A stretch of 64,000 nucleotides of DNA from an uncultured Planctomycetaceae bacterium (GTDB taxonomy: Bacteria; Planctomycetota; Planctomycetia; Planctomycetales; Planctomycetaceae). The notes under the pieces are model-generated. The model worked only from the letters and a program-made list of their open reading frames with translations, had not been told where the DNA came from and made no database searches. How positions within the stretch are numbered: position 1 is the first letter of the stretch; each line of letters begins with the position of its first letter. The position numbers and the translations under genes were made by a program. Positions 1 to 10,216 of this stretch are shown in pieces. The stretch lies in assembly GCA_963815195.1 (NCBI GenBank), contig CAWFGE010000010.1:454857-518856 (forward strand), read 5' to 3'.

Positions 1-2
1 AC

Positions 3-1870
3 AACGGGGACCAGGCGGCCGACGCGGTGGCCGAGGTCGATTCTTACGATCTCACCTTCACGTACGATTTTGCCTCCGTTTTGACTTATGGCGATGCCAC
101 GGTTTACCTGCGGGCGGTGGAACTCGATGCCGACGGGCAGGTGGTGACGACGGGCGATTGGCAAGAGTTCCAATTCACGTACGTGGAGCAGGACGACCCG
201 GATCCGACGAATGATGCCGACCCCAATTCCGCCGTATTGACGAGCGTGACCGTGGACCAGGCCACGGCGGATCTGGTCCAACTGTCGGGCACAGTGGACA
301 ACGTCAACGGCGGGACGGCGGCGGCGGTCGAATTCGACGTCGATGGCGACGGCACGCCGGACGCCGAAGCGGCCACGACAAACGACGCCTTCACGCAGCA
401 GTTCACCACCGAGGTCGGCTACGGGGACGAGGTCGTGGTGAGGGTCCGCACGCGGGACGTGGATGACGGCACCGGCGATATGCTCTATGGAGCCTGGCAA
501 CCCGTCGGCTTCAGCCGGGACTATCCGGTCAATGATCCGCCGCTCATCACGCAGCTCGGATTGGCGAACGACACGGACACGCCGGACGACAACATCACCA
601 GCGATGCCACGGTGATCGGCACGATTTCGCACGCCGACGGTTCGCTGGAGGGGAACACCATCGAATACGACCTCAACGGAGATGACATTTACGACGGCAC
701 GGTCATCACCGATGCGTCCGGGCAATTCACGATCGACTTGAATTCCGCCGGCCTCGACGACGGGGCGGTGTCGTTGCGGGTCCGCTCGCGGGAATGGGAC
801 TCCGCCCGGAAAGAGCAACTCCACAGCGACTGGTCCACGTTGGATTTTCAGTACACCGGAGCGGCCGCCCGTTTGCCCAGCCTCAGCGGTCTCGCCTTGG
901 CGAATGACACCGGCACCGCGGGGGATGGGGTCACGTCGGATCCGACGATCGCCGGCACCTTCGTCAGCGGGACGGCGGCGTTGAGCCAAACCGGCGTGGA
1001 AATCGATTTGAACGGAGACGGCGTTCCCGACGACCGCTTCCTCACCGTCGATCCGGGGACCGGCAGTTTCACGGTCGACCTCTCCGATTATCTTAGCACC
1101 TCAGGCCCCGTGACCGTCGATTTGCGGGCCTCGGGCTGGGATGACGCCGCCCAAGAAGCCCTCCAGGGAGATTGGGTGGAATTCACATTTACCTACGAGG
1201 CCCCGCCACCCGCCACCGCCCAGGTGACGGATCTCGCCTTGGTCAATGACACGGGGACGGTGGGCGACGGCATCACAAGCGATCCGCGGATCAGCGGGAA
1301 AGTCACGCATCCCAGCGAATCTGTCTCCGGAGCCTCCGTGCAATACGACTTGGATGGAGACGGGGCCTACGACGGCGAGACAACGGCGGACGGCCGCGGG
1401 CGGTTCAGCATCGATCTGACCGATGCGTCGCTTGCACTGGGCAGCGTCACGGTGGCGGTCCGCGCGGGCGTGTGGTCCGCGGCCGAACTGGGTGACGTCT
1501 GGGGCGATTGGGCGTCGTTCACTTTCACGCTGGAAGCCGCCGCCACGCCGACGCGGCCCGAAGTCACGCAGTTGCAGCTTTTGGACGATGACGACGGGGA
1601 CGGAACGGTCAGCCGGGCCACCATTTCCGGCACCGTGACCGACGGCGATTCCGCGGTGCAGTTGCTGCCGGTCGAGTTTGACGTGGACGGCGACGGCACC
1701 GCGGAAGGCCGGATTTACACCGACACGACCGGCTCCGGCAATTTCCTCGTCGATCTGACGCCCTTCCTCCAAGGCGACGGGGCCAGAACGGTCTATTTCC
1801 GCGCGGCGGAATCGGACACGGACGATTCGACCTTCGGCGATTGGGCCTCGTTCAGCTTCACCTTCCAAGC
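3..1870 (+). repeat. About six tandem Ig-like protein repeats with DxDGDG (putative Ca-binding) motifs
   Basis: EFDVDGDGTPDA, EYDLNGDDIYDG, EIDLNGDGVPDD, QYDLDGDGAYDG, EFDVDGDGTAEG; LANDTGTAGDGVTSDPTI-type motifs recur. Confidence 0.8.
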
Positions 1871-4800
1871 CGCGAGTGACACGTCGCAGGACGACCTCGT
1901 CGATGACAATCCGGTTCCCTTCACCAGTACGGACCTCTCGCACGTGCAATATGAGACGGGGGATTTGGGCATCGGCCTTACCGTCGAGAACACCGATTCC
2001 ACGACCGCAGGGACGTTCGCCAGCGGCTATGTCCAAGTGGGAAGCGTCGTGGGCACTTCCGATCTGTTGGCGGCCATCGCCGACGCCGACATTAGTGAAG
2101 ATACCCCAACAAACACCTCGGACTCCACCACCGACGCCAACGGCAACACGACCGACGTGGCGCAAACCGGCACCTGGCAAAGGACCGTGACGACCATCAC
2201 CGACCAGGCGACGGGCGAGTGGTACCGGTACGAAAACGTGGTCCAAACCTATGACACCGTCACGGACTATACCGCCGCGGACGGCTCCGGTTATGACTTT
2301 CATCAGTGGGGGACTTACGGCTACACGCTCACGGCCTATGGCTATAACGGAAACGCCGTCTATACTCTCGTGGAATACCGTACGGACAATTACGAGAATC
2401 AGCAGTGGACGGCAGCTGATCCTAATACCCTATTCGTCATCACCGGCTCGCAGAGCGACGACGTGGAATCCGGCGGCTATGTGAAGGTGAACGACGACGG
2501 TCTGGCGGCGCCGGGCTCCACGACCTCCTGGTCGAGCCAGGTCGATACGGTCGATCCCACGATCGGCACCTATTCCTATGCCGCTTCCGCTTACGGCCGG
2601 CTGGAGTATACCGACTCCACGGGGAGCGGTTCGGTCGATACGAACGGCGAGTATAGCGACAGTTGGAGCCAGACCTATTCTAGCGAGGCCGACACCCCCG
2701 CCGGCAGCGGCACCACGCTCACCGAGGTCTTCAGCTATCATTCGGTGCATGATGATCCCTATGACATCACGAATCAGGTGAATGTCAATGAGACGACAAA
2801 TCTCGGTGGGGTCTCCAGGACGACCGTCATCGACGAGACGACCACCCTCACCGGTGCGAAAACGGACACTTTCGACTCATCGGGAACGCGGACGACCTAT
2901 GCCGACGGCACCTACGAGTCCGCCATCACCCAGACCTCGACACGCGAAATGCACGACACGTACAACTACAACGGGACACGGACCTACACCGTGGCAGACA
3001 ACAGCGATCCGAATGCGACCGTCAACGAGTATTCCAACTCGACCGGCACCGCGACCCGCCAGCGGGACGTCGTGCAGGTTTATGGCGCGACCACGACCCG
3101 GCTCGTCGACGGCACGCAAACTGTCGCGGGGACCGTGGATGGGAACACCTCGTCCAGCTACAGCGAATCCGGCGGCCAAGACCTCAACTCGGACGGAACC
3201 TCCGACGATGGGACCACCGTGATGTCGTTCTCCACAACCGGAACGACGCATACCTCCGCCAATGGAACCTATCTGATGGTCACCACCGGCACGTTCGGCA
3301 CGGCGGGCAAAGATATCACGAACACCTACGACACGACCGAAGCCGGCTCCTCCGATTGGAACTACACCGCTCAGGGCAACCGAGACTCCTCCCAGGACGA
3401 CGGCGCGGGAAATACCAGCCTGTCCGGCGGCACGAGTTCCTCGACAAACGACGGCAATACCAGCTACTCCAACACCATGCACGTCGATGAACACGTCACC
3501 GACGCCGGTGTCACATCCACCGGCACGATGAACCACACCGGCAACGGCAACGGCTCATCCTCCTACGACGACACCGAATACAATACGACCACCACCGCCA
3601 CCGGCACCACCGGAAATTCCAGCAGTTCCTACAACGACAGCTCGAACTACGGCAACGGCAGCGGCACCTGGACGTCCACCTCCACCGGGACCGGCACCAT
3701 CACCAACGGCCAGGCCGATTACACCCAAACCGATACCCGCGACGAGAACGGCTCGTTCGCATCGGGCAATTCCAACACCTTCACCTCTCACTCGGAAAGC
3801 GACGACGGCTACCGCACCGAAACGAACGATTCCTCCGGCGGCAGCAAGTACGACGAGACCGGCACCTATAGCTCCTCCACCACCGACACGACGCACTCCG
3901 CGCCCGCCGGGGACTCGTCGTCCTCGTCCTCCACCTACAGCAAGCAGGCCGACACGACCTGGTCCAGCAACTCGAAAACCTCGAACACCATCCACGAGGA
4001 TTACTCCAGCGAGGACTATCCCGGGTCGGGGACTTACGAATCCTGGCACGATGAATCCCACTCGGGAAGCAGCACGGACAGCGGCTCGGGAAACTACTCA
4101 CTCAGCGAGAGCGCGAACTCCTCCACGGCGGCCGACGGAACCTCGACCTCCTCGACCGATTCCAGCTACAACTCCTCGGGATCCGGCACGACGACCACCA
4201 GCGGCTCGGATACGATCACCGACCACAGCCATTCCGACGACAACAACGGCGTGACCAGCACGTCCGATCGCACCTCGTCCATCACTCGCAGCGGCACGAC
4301 GACCTACCAAAACACAGCCAACGGCACCTCGAATGAAACCGACGGAGCAAGCAGCTCCACGGACTCGACTTCCTCCGTCAGCGACACGACCTCCACCGTC
4401 CACACCCAAAGTGACACCGTGCAGGACAGCGACGACACCAACGCCTCCGACAAGGCCACTTCCGACAGCCATTCCGAATCGCACGCCACCGACGACACGA
4501 CCACGACCTCCCATGAGGAAACGGGTTCCGTGAATCAACAGTTCGCCGACGGCACCAGCGCGTCCCAGACCACGGACTCGGGATCGAGCGATTCGACAGG
4601 CACGTTCACCACGAGCACCAGCGCCGACAGTACGCGGGACGACCTGGGGGTGATGCTCGGCATCACCAGCCATGTCGCCAAGTCCTCGAGTTCCAACAGC
4701 ACCGGCGACTCGACGTCGCATTCCGACTGGGACGACGAGCAGGACACCTATGCCGACGGCACCTGGTCGACCTCTTCGTCTTCGTCCGGCAACTCGACCG

Positions 4801-7800
4801 TCAACACCACCGGCGACTCGTCCGCCACCGATGACGCCAACAGAACCGACGCTTCGACCTCGACGACGAAAACCTCCACCACGCACGCCCACACGGCCAC
4901 CACGAATGCCAAGCGATCGGTCACCTCCAACTGGTCCTCCGACTCGACGAACGGCTCCGCCGGCGGCACGACCGTGAGCTGGAGCACCGAAGACGTGACG
5001 GACAGCGGGGACGTTGAATCGGATTCCAATTCCAAGGTCCGGGCGGAAAAAGACGCCGACAACTTCAGTCAGACCTATAACGAAGAATCGAAAAACGGCT
5101 CCTATAACCTCACGGGCTCCAGCCGCGACGACCGCTTCGCCGACGGCACGACCAGTTCCACCAGCACGCTGACCCGCACGGAAACCGGGACGAGCACGCG
5201 GAAAGAAGAAAACACGGGCAAGAGCAAACAAGTCTCCCATCCCCAGCCCGGGCTGACGCAGACTCTCACTTCCGATCAGGACGACACCTCGAATTGGACT
5301 GACATCACCTACACCGACACCTATTCGCTCAACACGGACGATCCCGTCGATGCCCCTTTGACCTCGACCGAGATCACGAGCCACACCGAATCCGGCAAGC
5401 AGAGTTGGAACTCGACGGACAACGGCGGCAGCAGCCTCACCGGCACGGTGAACAATCCCGACGACCCCGACGATGAGAGCAACGGCACGGTATTCAACTC
5501 CTCCTCATCGTCCACGACCACCGAAGTCGGCAGCGGCGACTACAGCGACTCCGACACCACGACCGTCAAGGTCGACAACGGAGTCGAAACCACCACCGGG
5601 TCCGGTTCCGACAGCCTGGACGGCAACTCGACGCTCACCACCACCGGGAACAGCAGCGGGAGCATCACCCAGAATCGCAAGATCGGCGATACGACTGTCA
5701 ACTTCAACCAGACTTCTTCCAGTAACTCGAAGGGAACGGTCCTCACCAAAATCGACGACTCGTCCTCCTTCGAAACGGACGGGAAGGGCGGTACGAAATC
5801 CACGACGAAAAGCAGCCCCACAACCTCCGGCTTTTCCACGTCCAGCTCCACAAAGACCACGACCGTCACGATGACGAAGAGCGGTTATAACTTTACTAAG
5901 ACGGAACAAGACATCGATAAGTCCACCGGCAGTTTTGACGCCAACCTATCGCATACGATTGATACGGATTTTGACGGGACAACGACACACAGCGGGGGCG
6001 GATCGAGCACAACCAAGAGCTGGTCTCTGTCCAAGAACACCGTTAACAGCACGACCTTCGAAAAGAAGACCGCCCTCTACTCGACCTGGAAGGGCTATTA
6101 CAACCAGGTGGTCACCTACAATCAGTTGGATCAGACCACCACGAAATCCGACGGCAATGCCTCGTTGACCTATCAGACGGACGGCACGGAGACCTGGGGC
6201 GGCACCCAGACCGACCAGAAAGATATTATTCACGACAAGAAGAAAACCACGACCCGAATCGACAACGTTACTCAGGCCAAAACCAATCGCGACTTCGACG
6301 GTTACGAGGAAGATTACAAAAAAACATCGGGAAGCTTCACCGAGGACAAGACCCACGAAGAGAACCACTCGAAGACGAAACATCAAATCCAGTCCGACGG
6401 GAGCCTCGACGCCGGCGAGGACGTGCTCGATCCCGATATAAAAGCCGCGATCATCGAAAAACATGAAAAGGCCGGCTCGTCCGACACCGAGACCTGGGAC
6501 GAAAAGAGCAGCCCCTCGTCCGGCGTGGGTGTGATGGAGAATTGGAAACACGTGCAAAACACGGACGGGACCGACAAAGGTTATATCTATTGGTCCAAAG
6601 GGTCAGGCGATTTCTACCGCGAGTATTATGACAAGACGGGCGTTTCGGAAACGATCGACAACTATAAGTACGAGCGGAAAGTCTTTACCGCGACCGAAAC
6701 TTCCACTGAGACGATCCACGACGATTCGACCAGTTCGTCCGGATCCAGCGAAAGCAAAATCGTCACCCCCACCGGCGATCCGAATTCGCCGATCGACACG
6801 CAAGAGTGGACCAAGACTTTCAACACTCGCGAGGACACCTACCATCACGCCAACAACGGGACCAGGACCAATACCTACCAGGGAGAAATGACCCCCTACG
6901 AGGGAACCATCTCTTATGATGACACTACGAAGTCGGATTGGGACTGGACCTACGACCGGCATGAGAAATACGACGGGTCTGAATCCCAGCAACGTCCCGC
7001 CGGCAGCGACACGGCGACCGCCAAGGTGGATTCGACGTGGGATTTGACGGTCGATTACCACGGAACCTGGGACGACACGGAGAACATCAACTCGACCAGC
7101 GCCACCGACAACTCGACGATGAGCATTACGAACACATCGCATGAGGAGGCCACGATTCATGGCGTGGCCAACGTCACCTACTCCGCCCAATACGACATCT
7201 CCGGCCTCAACGACGATCAGAATCCGCCGGTCGTCACGCCCGTGGGCGATCCCCAGCCCGTCGCCACCTGGTCCTGGGTCGAGGACTGGACCGGCAAGGC
7301 AAATTCCACGGGCAGTGCCACGATCGAACACTACATGCAAGACTACACATGGGACGAAGCGACCCAGACTTACACCACGACCTGGGAATCAAAAGACTTC
7401 GGCGGCTCTTGGAGCGACAACGAGTCTTACCACTTCTCCGCCAGCGATTCCGACCCCAACGGCACGGAGAACTCCCCGCCGGGGACCTATAGCTCCAACA
7501 TGGACAACGCCGACTTCCTCTCAAGCTACATGTATATTTACATGGACCATTTTTATACGCGGTCGCCCGACGTGGGTAATGGTCGCTCGGCCGATTACAC
7601 CGACTTCAAGAGCGATGTGGACATGGCCGCGTATGAGCCGACGATGGACAGCTACTCGTTCACGCTGTTCGCGTCGCTCGATCCGAGTTGGATCGACCAA
7701 CTGGCCATCAGCCTGTACGACGCGTTTCAGGAGAACTTCCCCGAGCTATCCAATCTCATCTCCAGCACCTGGGAATATGCCTCATTCTTCGCCAGCGACC

Positions 7801-9977
7801 TGTTCCGGCAGTTCGACGACGGCACGATGGCCGACCGGGCCTTCGGGCTGATCGATGGCTTCTTGGACGGCATCAATCCCTTCAATCAATGGATCAGCGT
7901 CCCTGACATCGGACCGGTGTTCGGGCACGTCGAGGATTATGCCTTCTCGAAAACCGTGGGCACGTTTGCCGGCGTCGCCACGGGCATCGCCATCTCGATG
8001 ATGGGGCCCGGGCTGGTCTCCTGCGGCACGTTCGCCCACAAGGCGATGGTGGCCTGGGAAGTGGCCGACGCCGTGGGCGGCATCGGCGGAGCCGTCCAAA
8101 ACATCTACAACAACGGCGGCCAGGTCGGCGTCATGGACGCCCTAGCCATCGCGGGCGGCGTTGTCTCCATCGGCGGTCTCAAGGGCCTGATGAATAAGTG
8201 CTTCGTCGGCGACACGGCAGTCGTTTATGACCAAGAGGACATCTTCACGGCTGTCGCGGCGCCCGAGCGCCAGGCCGCCGACGCTCCATGGAACCTGAAC
8301 TCGCTCATCCTTGGCGGCGGTTTACTGATGGGAATGGGGGCCGGTTGGTTCCTCGCGACCCGCAGGCGACTGGCTGCCCACGAGGAACCGCTTCGTCGCA
8401 AGAAAAAGACCGTCTTGGAGTTGTTCGGCGACCCGCAATTCCTCGATCGGCTCTGGCTGCCGCCGGGCGTCAAGCGGCCCTTGCCGGCCTTCGCCTTGCC
8501 CGGCGCTGCGAACTGTCATAGATTGATGGATGATTGGCCTTCACCTGCAATGAACGCAGTCCCGCCACTTCCCAAGGAGCCGCCCGTGCCGGATGTTGCT
8601 GGCCCGAACTCCGATGTTGCTGGCCGGAAAGAACCTGCTCCTCGGAAGGAATCCGTTTTGAGTTCGCGCCGCTTCGGTTGGCTGATGATGCTGATCTGCC
8701 TCTTGGGCAGTGGGCTGTGCTTCTGGCAGGCGTTGCCAGGCGTGTTCTTGTCCGCTTCCCCTGCTGCAGTTCAGGCCGGCCCTCCGCCGGAACGCCAGAC
8801 GAAGCTCTTGACCCGCAAAATCCGCGACATCCGCCCGGGCATGCGCGTCCTGGCCGACAATCCCGAACTCGCCGACGAGGTTGTGGAGCCGCTGGACATC
8901 GATCCCGCCCAATGGCGACTTGTGACGCTGGAGACGGCCAAAGCGGATGGCAATGTTCTCACGGTCGAACTGCTCAGGCCTCATGGGGAATTGCTGCTGG
9001 CGATTGTGGCGGCGGAGCGCTTGGAGGATCGAAAATCGTCACTTCCCGATGTGATCGATTTGGCATGCAGCGTCCGACCGACGATCAAGACGCCGGTGCG
9101 ACTCTGTCAGGGCGCGGCTTTGCTGCCGGCGATTTTCCAAGAGATGGCCGCCGCCAAAGCTCGTTTGGATCGCGGTGAGCCGATTTTCGCCGCCGTTTCC
9201 GAAGATCACAACTTGATCCGCCGAACCTTGCACCTCAACCTGCCGGAAATGGGCGCGGTCGGGCCGGCAAGAATCACCGCAGTGGCTCCCTGCCCGCCGA
9301 TCGAGGAGGGCAAGGGCCGAATCGTTACGGGCCGGTTTATCCATCAGGCCGCAAACGTCATCGACCTCAAAATTAGCGGCCTCGACGATCCCATCGGCAC
9401 GACCGACACACACCCCTTCTGGAGCGAAGACCGCCATGCCTTCGTTCCCGCGGGCGAACTCCGCATTGGCGAAGAGCTCCGCAGCCTCTCCGGCGAGAAA
9501 ACCTACGTCCTCGCCAAAACCCCCCGCGGGCCGCCGGAAGACGTGTTCAACCTCGAAGTGGAAGGCGAGCACGTTTATTACGTCGCAGAGAGTGGAGTTA
9601 TCGTACACAACATGTGTGCGGATAAGGCAGGAAAAGGTGTAAAATCCTGGATCATGCAAGGTGCCGAAAGTGACAAATACTACAACGAATTATCGCGAGC
9701 TGAAAAGTTACTATATATGCGAGGGCAAAAAACATTTAGCGGTGGTTTTTGGAAGAAAAACAAGGACGTATTAGAAGCCTTCACAGCCGGCAAGACTGGT
9801 CGTGAACTTGTCCAGGGAATTGTTGAACGAGGAAAATGGTTGAAAAAATTTCATCCAATTAGAAGTTCCAGTCTAAATATAATTGACTTCTTTCGAGGAA
9901 TCGGAACCACAATTAGTTCAGGCCCCGATCCGGCTAGTCGCAAGATCCTAATGTGGCTATTCCGTATTAAAGAATAG
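3..9977 (+). CDS. Giant secreted polymorphic toxin precursor (5'-partial): Ig-like repeats, Ser/Thr/Asp-rich stalk, pre-toxin Hint domain, C-terminal toxin tip
   Basis: Frame is open from nt 3 (NGDQAADAVAE), so it starts upstream. Repeated ~110-aa units with E(F/Y)DxxGDG and GDW.xFxF; Hint motifs KCFVGDT (Cys 8199), TTDTHPFW, VFNLEVEGEHVYYV, IVHN (ends 9611); AT-richer tip follows. Confidence 0.9.
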   Translation, partial: NGDQAADAVAEVDSYDLTFTYDFASVLTYGDATVYLRAVELDADGQVVTTGDWQEFQFTYVEQDDPDPTNDADPNSAVLTSVTVDQATADLVQLSGTVDNVNGGTAAAVEFDVDGDGTPDAEAATTNDAFTQQFTTEVGYGDEVVVRVRTRDVDDGTGDMLYGAWQPVGFSRDYPVNDPPLITQLGLANDTDTPDDNITSDATVIGTISHADGSLEGNTIEYDLNGDDIYDGTVITDASGQFTIDLNSAGLDDGAVSLRVRSREWDSARKEQLHSDWSTLDFQYTGAAARLPSLSGLALANDTGTAGDGVTSDPTIAGTFVSGTAALSQTGVEIDLNGDGVPDDRFLTVDPGTGSFTVDLSDYLSTSGPVTVDLRASGWDDAAQEALQGDWVEFTFTYEAPPPATAQVTDLALVNDTGTVGDGITSDPRISGKVTHPSESVSGASVQYDLDGDGAYDGETTADGRGRFSIDLTDASLALGSVTVAVRAGVWSAAELGDVWGDWASFTFTLEAAATPTRPEVTQLQLLDDDDGDGTVSRATISGTVTDGDSAVQLLPVEFDVDGDGTAEGRIYTDTTGSGNFLVDLTPFLQGDGARTVYFRAAESDTDDSTFGDWASFSFTFQAASDTSQDDLVDDNPVPFTSTDLSHVQYETGDLGIGLTVENTDSTTAGTFASGYVQVGSVVGTSDLLAAIADADISEDTPTNTSDSTTDANGNTTDVAQTGTWQRTVTTITDQATGEWYRYENVVQTYDTVTDYTAADGSGYDFHQWGTYGYTLTAYGYNGNAVYTLVEYRTDNYENQQWTAADPNTLFVITGSQSDDVESGGYVKVNDDGLAAPGSTTSWSSQVDTVDPTIGTYSYAASAYGRLEYTDSTGSGSVDTNGEYSDSWSQTYSSEADTPAGSGTTLTEVFSYHSVHDDPYDITNQVNVNETTNLGGVSRTTVIDETTTLTGAKTDTFDSSGTRTTYADGTYESAITQTSTREMHDTYNYNGTRTYTVADNSDPNATVNEYSNSTGTATRQRDVVQVYGATTTRLVDGTQTVAGTVDGNTSSSYSESGGQDLNSDGTSDDGTTVMSFSTTGTTHTSANGTYLMVTTGTFGTAGKDITNTYDTTEAGSSDWNYTAQGNRDSSQDDGAGNTSLSGGTSSSTNDGNTSYSNTMHVDEHVTDAGVTSTGTMNHTGNGNGSSSYDDTEYNTTTTATGTTGNSSSSYNDSSNYGNGSGTWTSTSTGTGTITNGQADYTQTDTRDENGSFASGNSNTFTSHSESDDGYRTETNDSSGGSKYDETGTYSSSTTDTTHSAPAGDSSSSSSTYSKQADTTWSSNSKTSNTIHEDYSSEDYPGSGTYESWHDESHSGSSTDSGSGNYSLSESANSSTAADGTSTSSTDSSYNSSGSGTTTTSGSDTITDHSHSDDNNGVTSTSDRTSSITRSGTTTYQNTANGTSNETDGASSSTDSTSSVSDTTSTVHTQSDTVQDSDDTNASDKATSDSHSESHATDDTTTTSHEETGSVNQQFADGTSASQTTDSGSSDSTGTFTTSTSADSTRDDLGVMLGITSHVAKSSSSNSTGDSTSHSDWDDEQDTYADGTWSTSSSSSGNSTVNTTGDSSATDDANRTDASTSTTKTSTTHAHTATTNAKRSVTSNWSSDSTNGSAGGTTVSWSTEDVTDSGDVESDSNSKVRAEKDADNFSQTYNEESKNGSYNLTGSSRDDRFADGTTSSTSTLTRTETGTSTRKEENTGKSKQVSHPQPGLTQTLTSDQDDTSNWTDITYTDTYSLNTDDPVDAPLTSTEITSHTESGKQSWNSTDNGGSSLTGTVNNPDDPDDESNGTVFNSSSSSTTTEVGSGDYSDSDTTTVKVDNGVETTTGSGSDSLDGNSTLTTTGNSSGSITQNRKIGDTTVNFNQTSSSNSKGTVLTKIDDSSSFETDGKGGTKSTTKSSPTTSGFSTSSSTKTTTVTMTKSGYNFTKTEQDIDKSTGSFDANLSHTIDTDFDGTTTHSGGGSSTTKSWSLSKNTVNSTTFEKKTALYSTWKGYYNQVVTYNQLDQTTTKSDGNASLTYQTDGTETWGGTQTDQKDIIHDKKKTTTRIDNVTQAKTNRDFDGYEEDYKKTSGSFTEDKTHEENHSKTKHQIQSDGSLDAGEDVLDPDIKAAIIEKHEKAGSSDTETWDEKSSPSSGVGVMENWKHVQNTDGTDKGYIYWSKGSGDFYREYYDKTGVSETIDNYKYERKVFTATETSTETIHDDSTSSSGSSESKIVTPTGDPNSPIDTQEWTKTFNTREDTYHHANNGTRTNTYQGEMTPYEGTISYDDTTKSDWDWTYDRHEKYDGSESQQRPAGSDTATAKVDSTWDLTVDYHGTWDDTENINSTSATDNSTMSITNTSHEEATIHGVANVTYSAQYDISGLNDDQNPPVVTPVGDPQPVATWSWVEDWTGKANSTGSATIEHYMQDYTWDEATQTYTTTWESKDFGGSWSDNESYHFSASDSDPNGTENSPPGTYSSNMDNADFLSSYMYIYMDHFYTRSPDVGNGRSADYTDFKSDVDMAAYEPTMDSYSFTLFASLDPSWIDQLAISLYDAFQENFPELSNLISSTWEYASFFASDLFRQFDDGTMADRAFGLIDGFLDGINPFNQWISVPDIGPVFGHVEDYAFSKTVGTFAGVATGIAISMMGPGLVSCGTFAHKAMVAWEVADAVGGIGGAVQNIYNNGGQVGVMDALAIAGGVVSIGGLKGLMNKCFVGDTAVVYDQEDIFTAVAAPERQAADAPWNLNSLILGGGLLMGMGAGWFLATRRRLAAHEEPLRRKKKTVLELFGDPQFLDRLWLPPGVKRPLPAFALPGAANCHRLMDDWPSPAMNAVPPLPKEPPVPDVAGPNSDVAGRKEPAPRKESVLSSRRFGWLMMLICLLGSGLCFWQALPGVFLSASPAAVQAGPPPERQTKLLTRKIRDIRPGMRVLADNPELADEVVEPLDIDPAQWRLVTLETAKADGNVLTVELLRPHGELLLAIVAAERLEDRKSSLPDVIDLACSVRPTIKTPVRLCQGAALLPAIFQEMAAAKARLDRGEPIFAAVSEDHNLIRRTLHLNLPEMGAVGPARITAVAPCPPIEEGKGRIVTGRFIHQAANVIDLKISGLDDPIGTTDTHPFWSEDRHAFVPAGELRIGEELRSLSGEKTYVLAKTPRGPPEDVFNLEVEGEHVYYVAESGVIVHNMCADKAGKGVKSWIMQGAESDKYYNELSRAEKLLYMRGQKTFSGGFWKKNKDVLEAFTAGKTGRELVQGIVERGKWLKKFHPIRSSSLNIIDFFRGIGTTISSGPDPASRKILMWLFRIKE
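8199..9611 (+). other. Pre-toxin Hint (bacterial intein-like) domain with large insertions, including two TM helices
   Basis: Cys1 in CFVGDT, TxxH (TDTH), terminal HN followed by Met-Cys; 471 codons; TM segments at ~8295-8357 and ~8673-8750. Confidence 0.85.
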
Positions 9978-10021
9978 AAAACTGATTATTTTCCCTACTT
10001 GAATAGTAGCAGGCAAATGAG

Positions 10022-10216
10022 ATGACGCTCTTTGAACTGACCGGTGTGATAGGAATCGTGATCGGAGTGATTGCCTGCTTGGTCGTTTCGATCTTTGCGG
10101 GATGGGGAATTCTCTATGGTTTAGCTGCCATCATCGTGGGAGTCATCGGGGGATGGGTTATCGGAGTCGGTGTTGGACATATCGTGTTCTACCTGACTGA
10201 GACTAACGACGATTAA
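10022..10216 (+). CDS. Small two-TM Gly-rich membrane protein, probable immunity protein
   Basis: 64 aa, almost entirely hydrophobic with GxxxG motifs; starts 44 nt after the toxin stop; same AT-richer composition as the tip. Confidence 0.65.
   Translation: MTLFELTGVIGIVIGVIACLVVSIFAGWGILYGLAAIIVGVIGGWVIGVGVGHIVFYLTETNDD

Noticed and set aside
8199..9611. Canonical intein with homing endonuclease
   Set aside because: No LAGLIDADG or HNH motifs in the inserts, and the +1 residue is Met rather than Cys/Ser/Thr.
104..9659. Long antisense and alternative-frame ORFs over the giant gene (and over other GC-rich genes)
   Set aside because: Shadow ORFs expected from high GC3 codon bias; no recognisable motifs.
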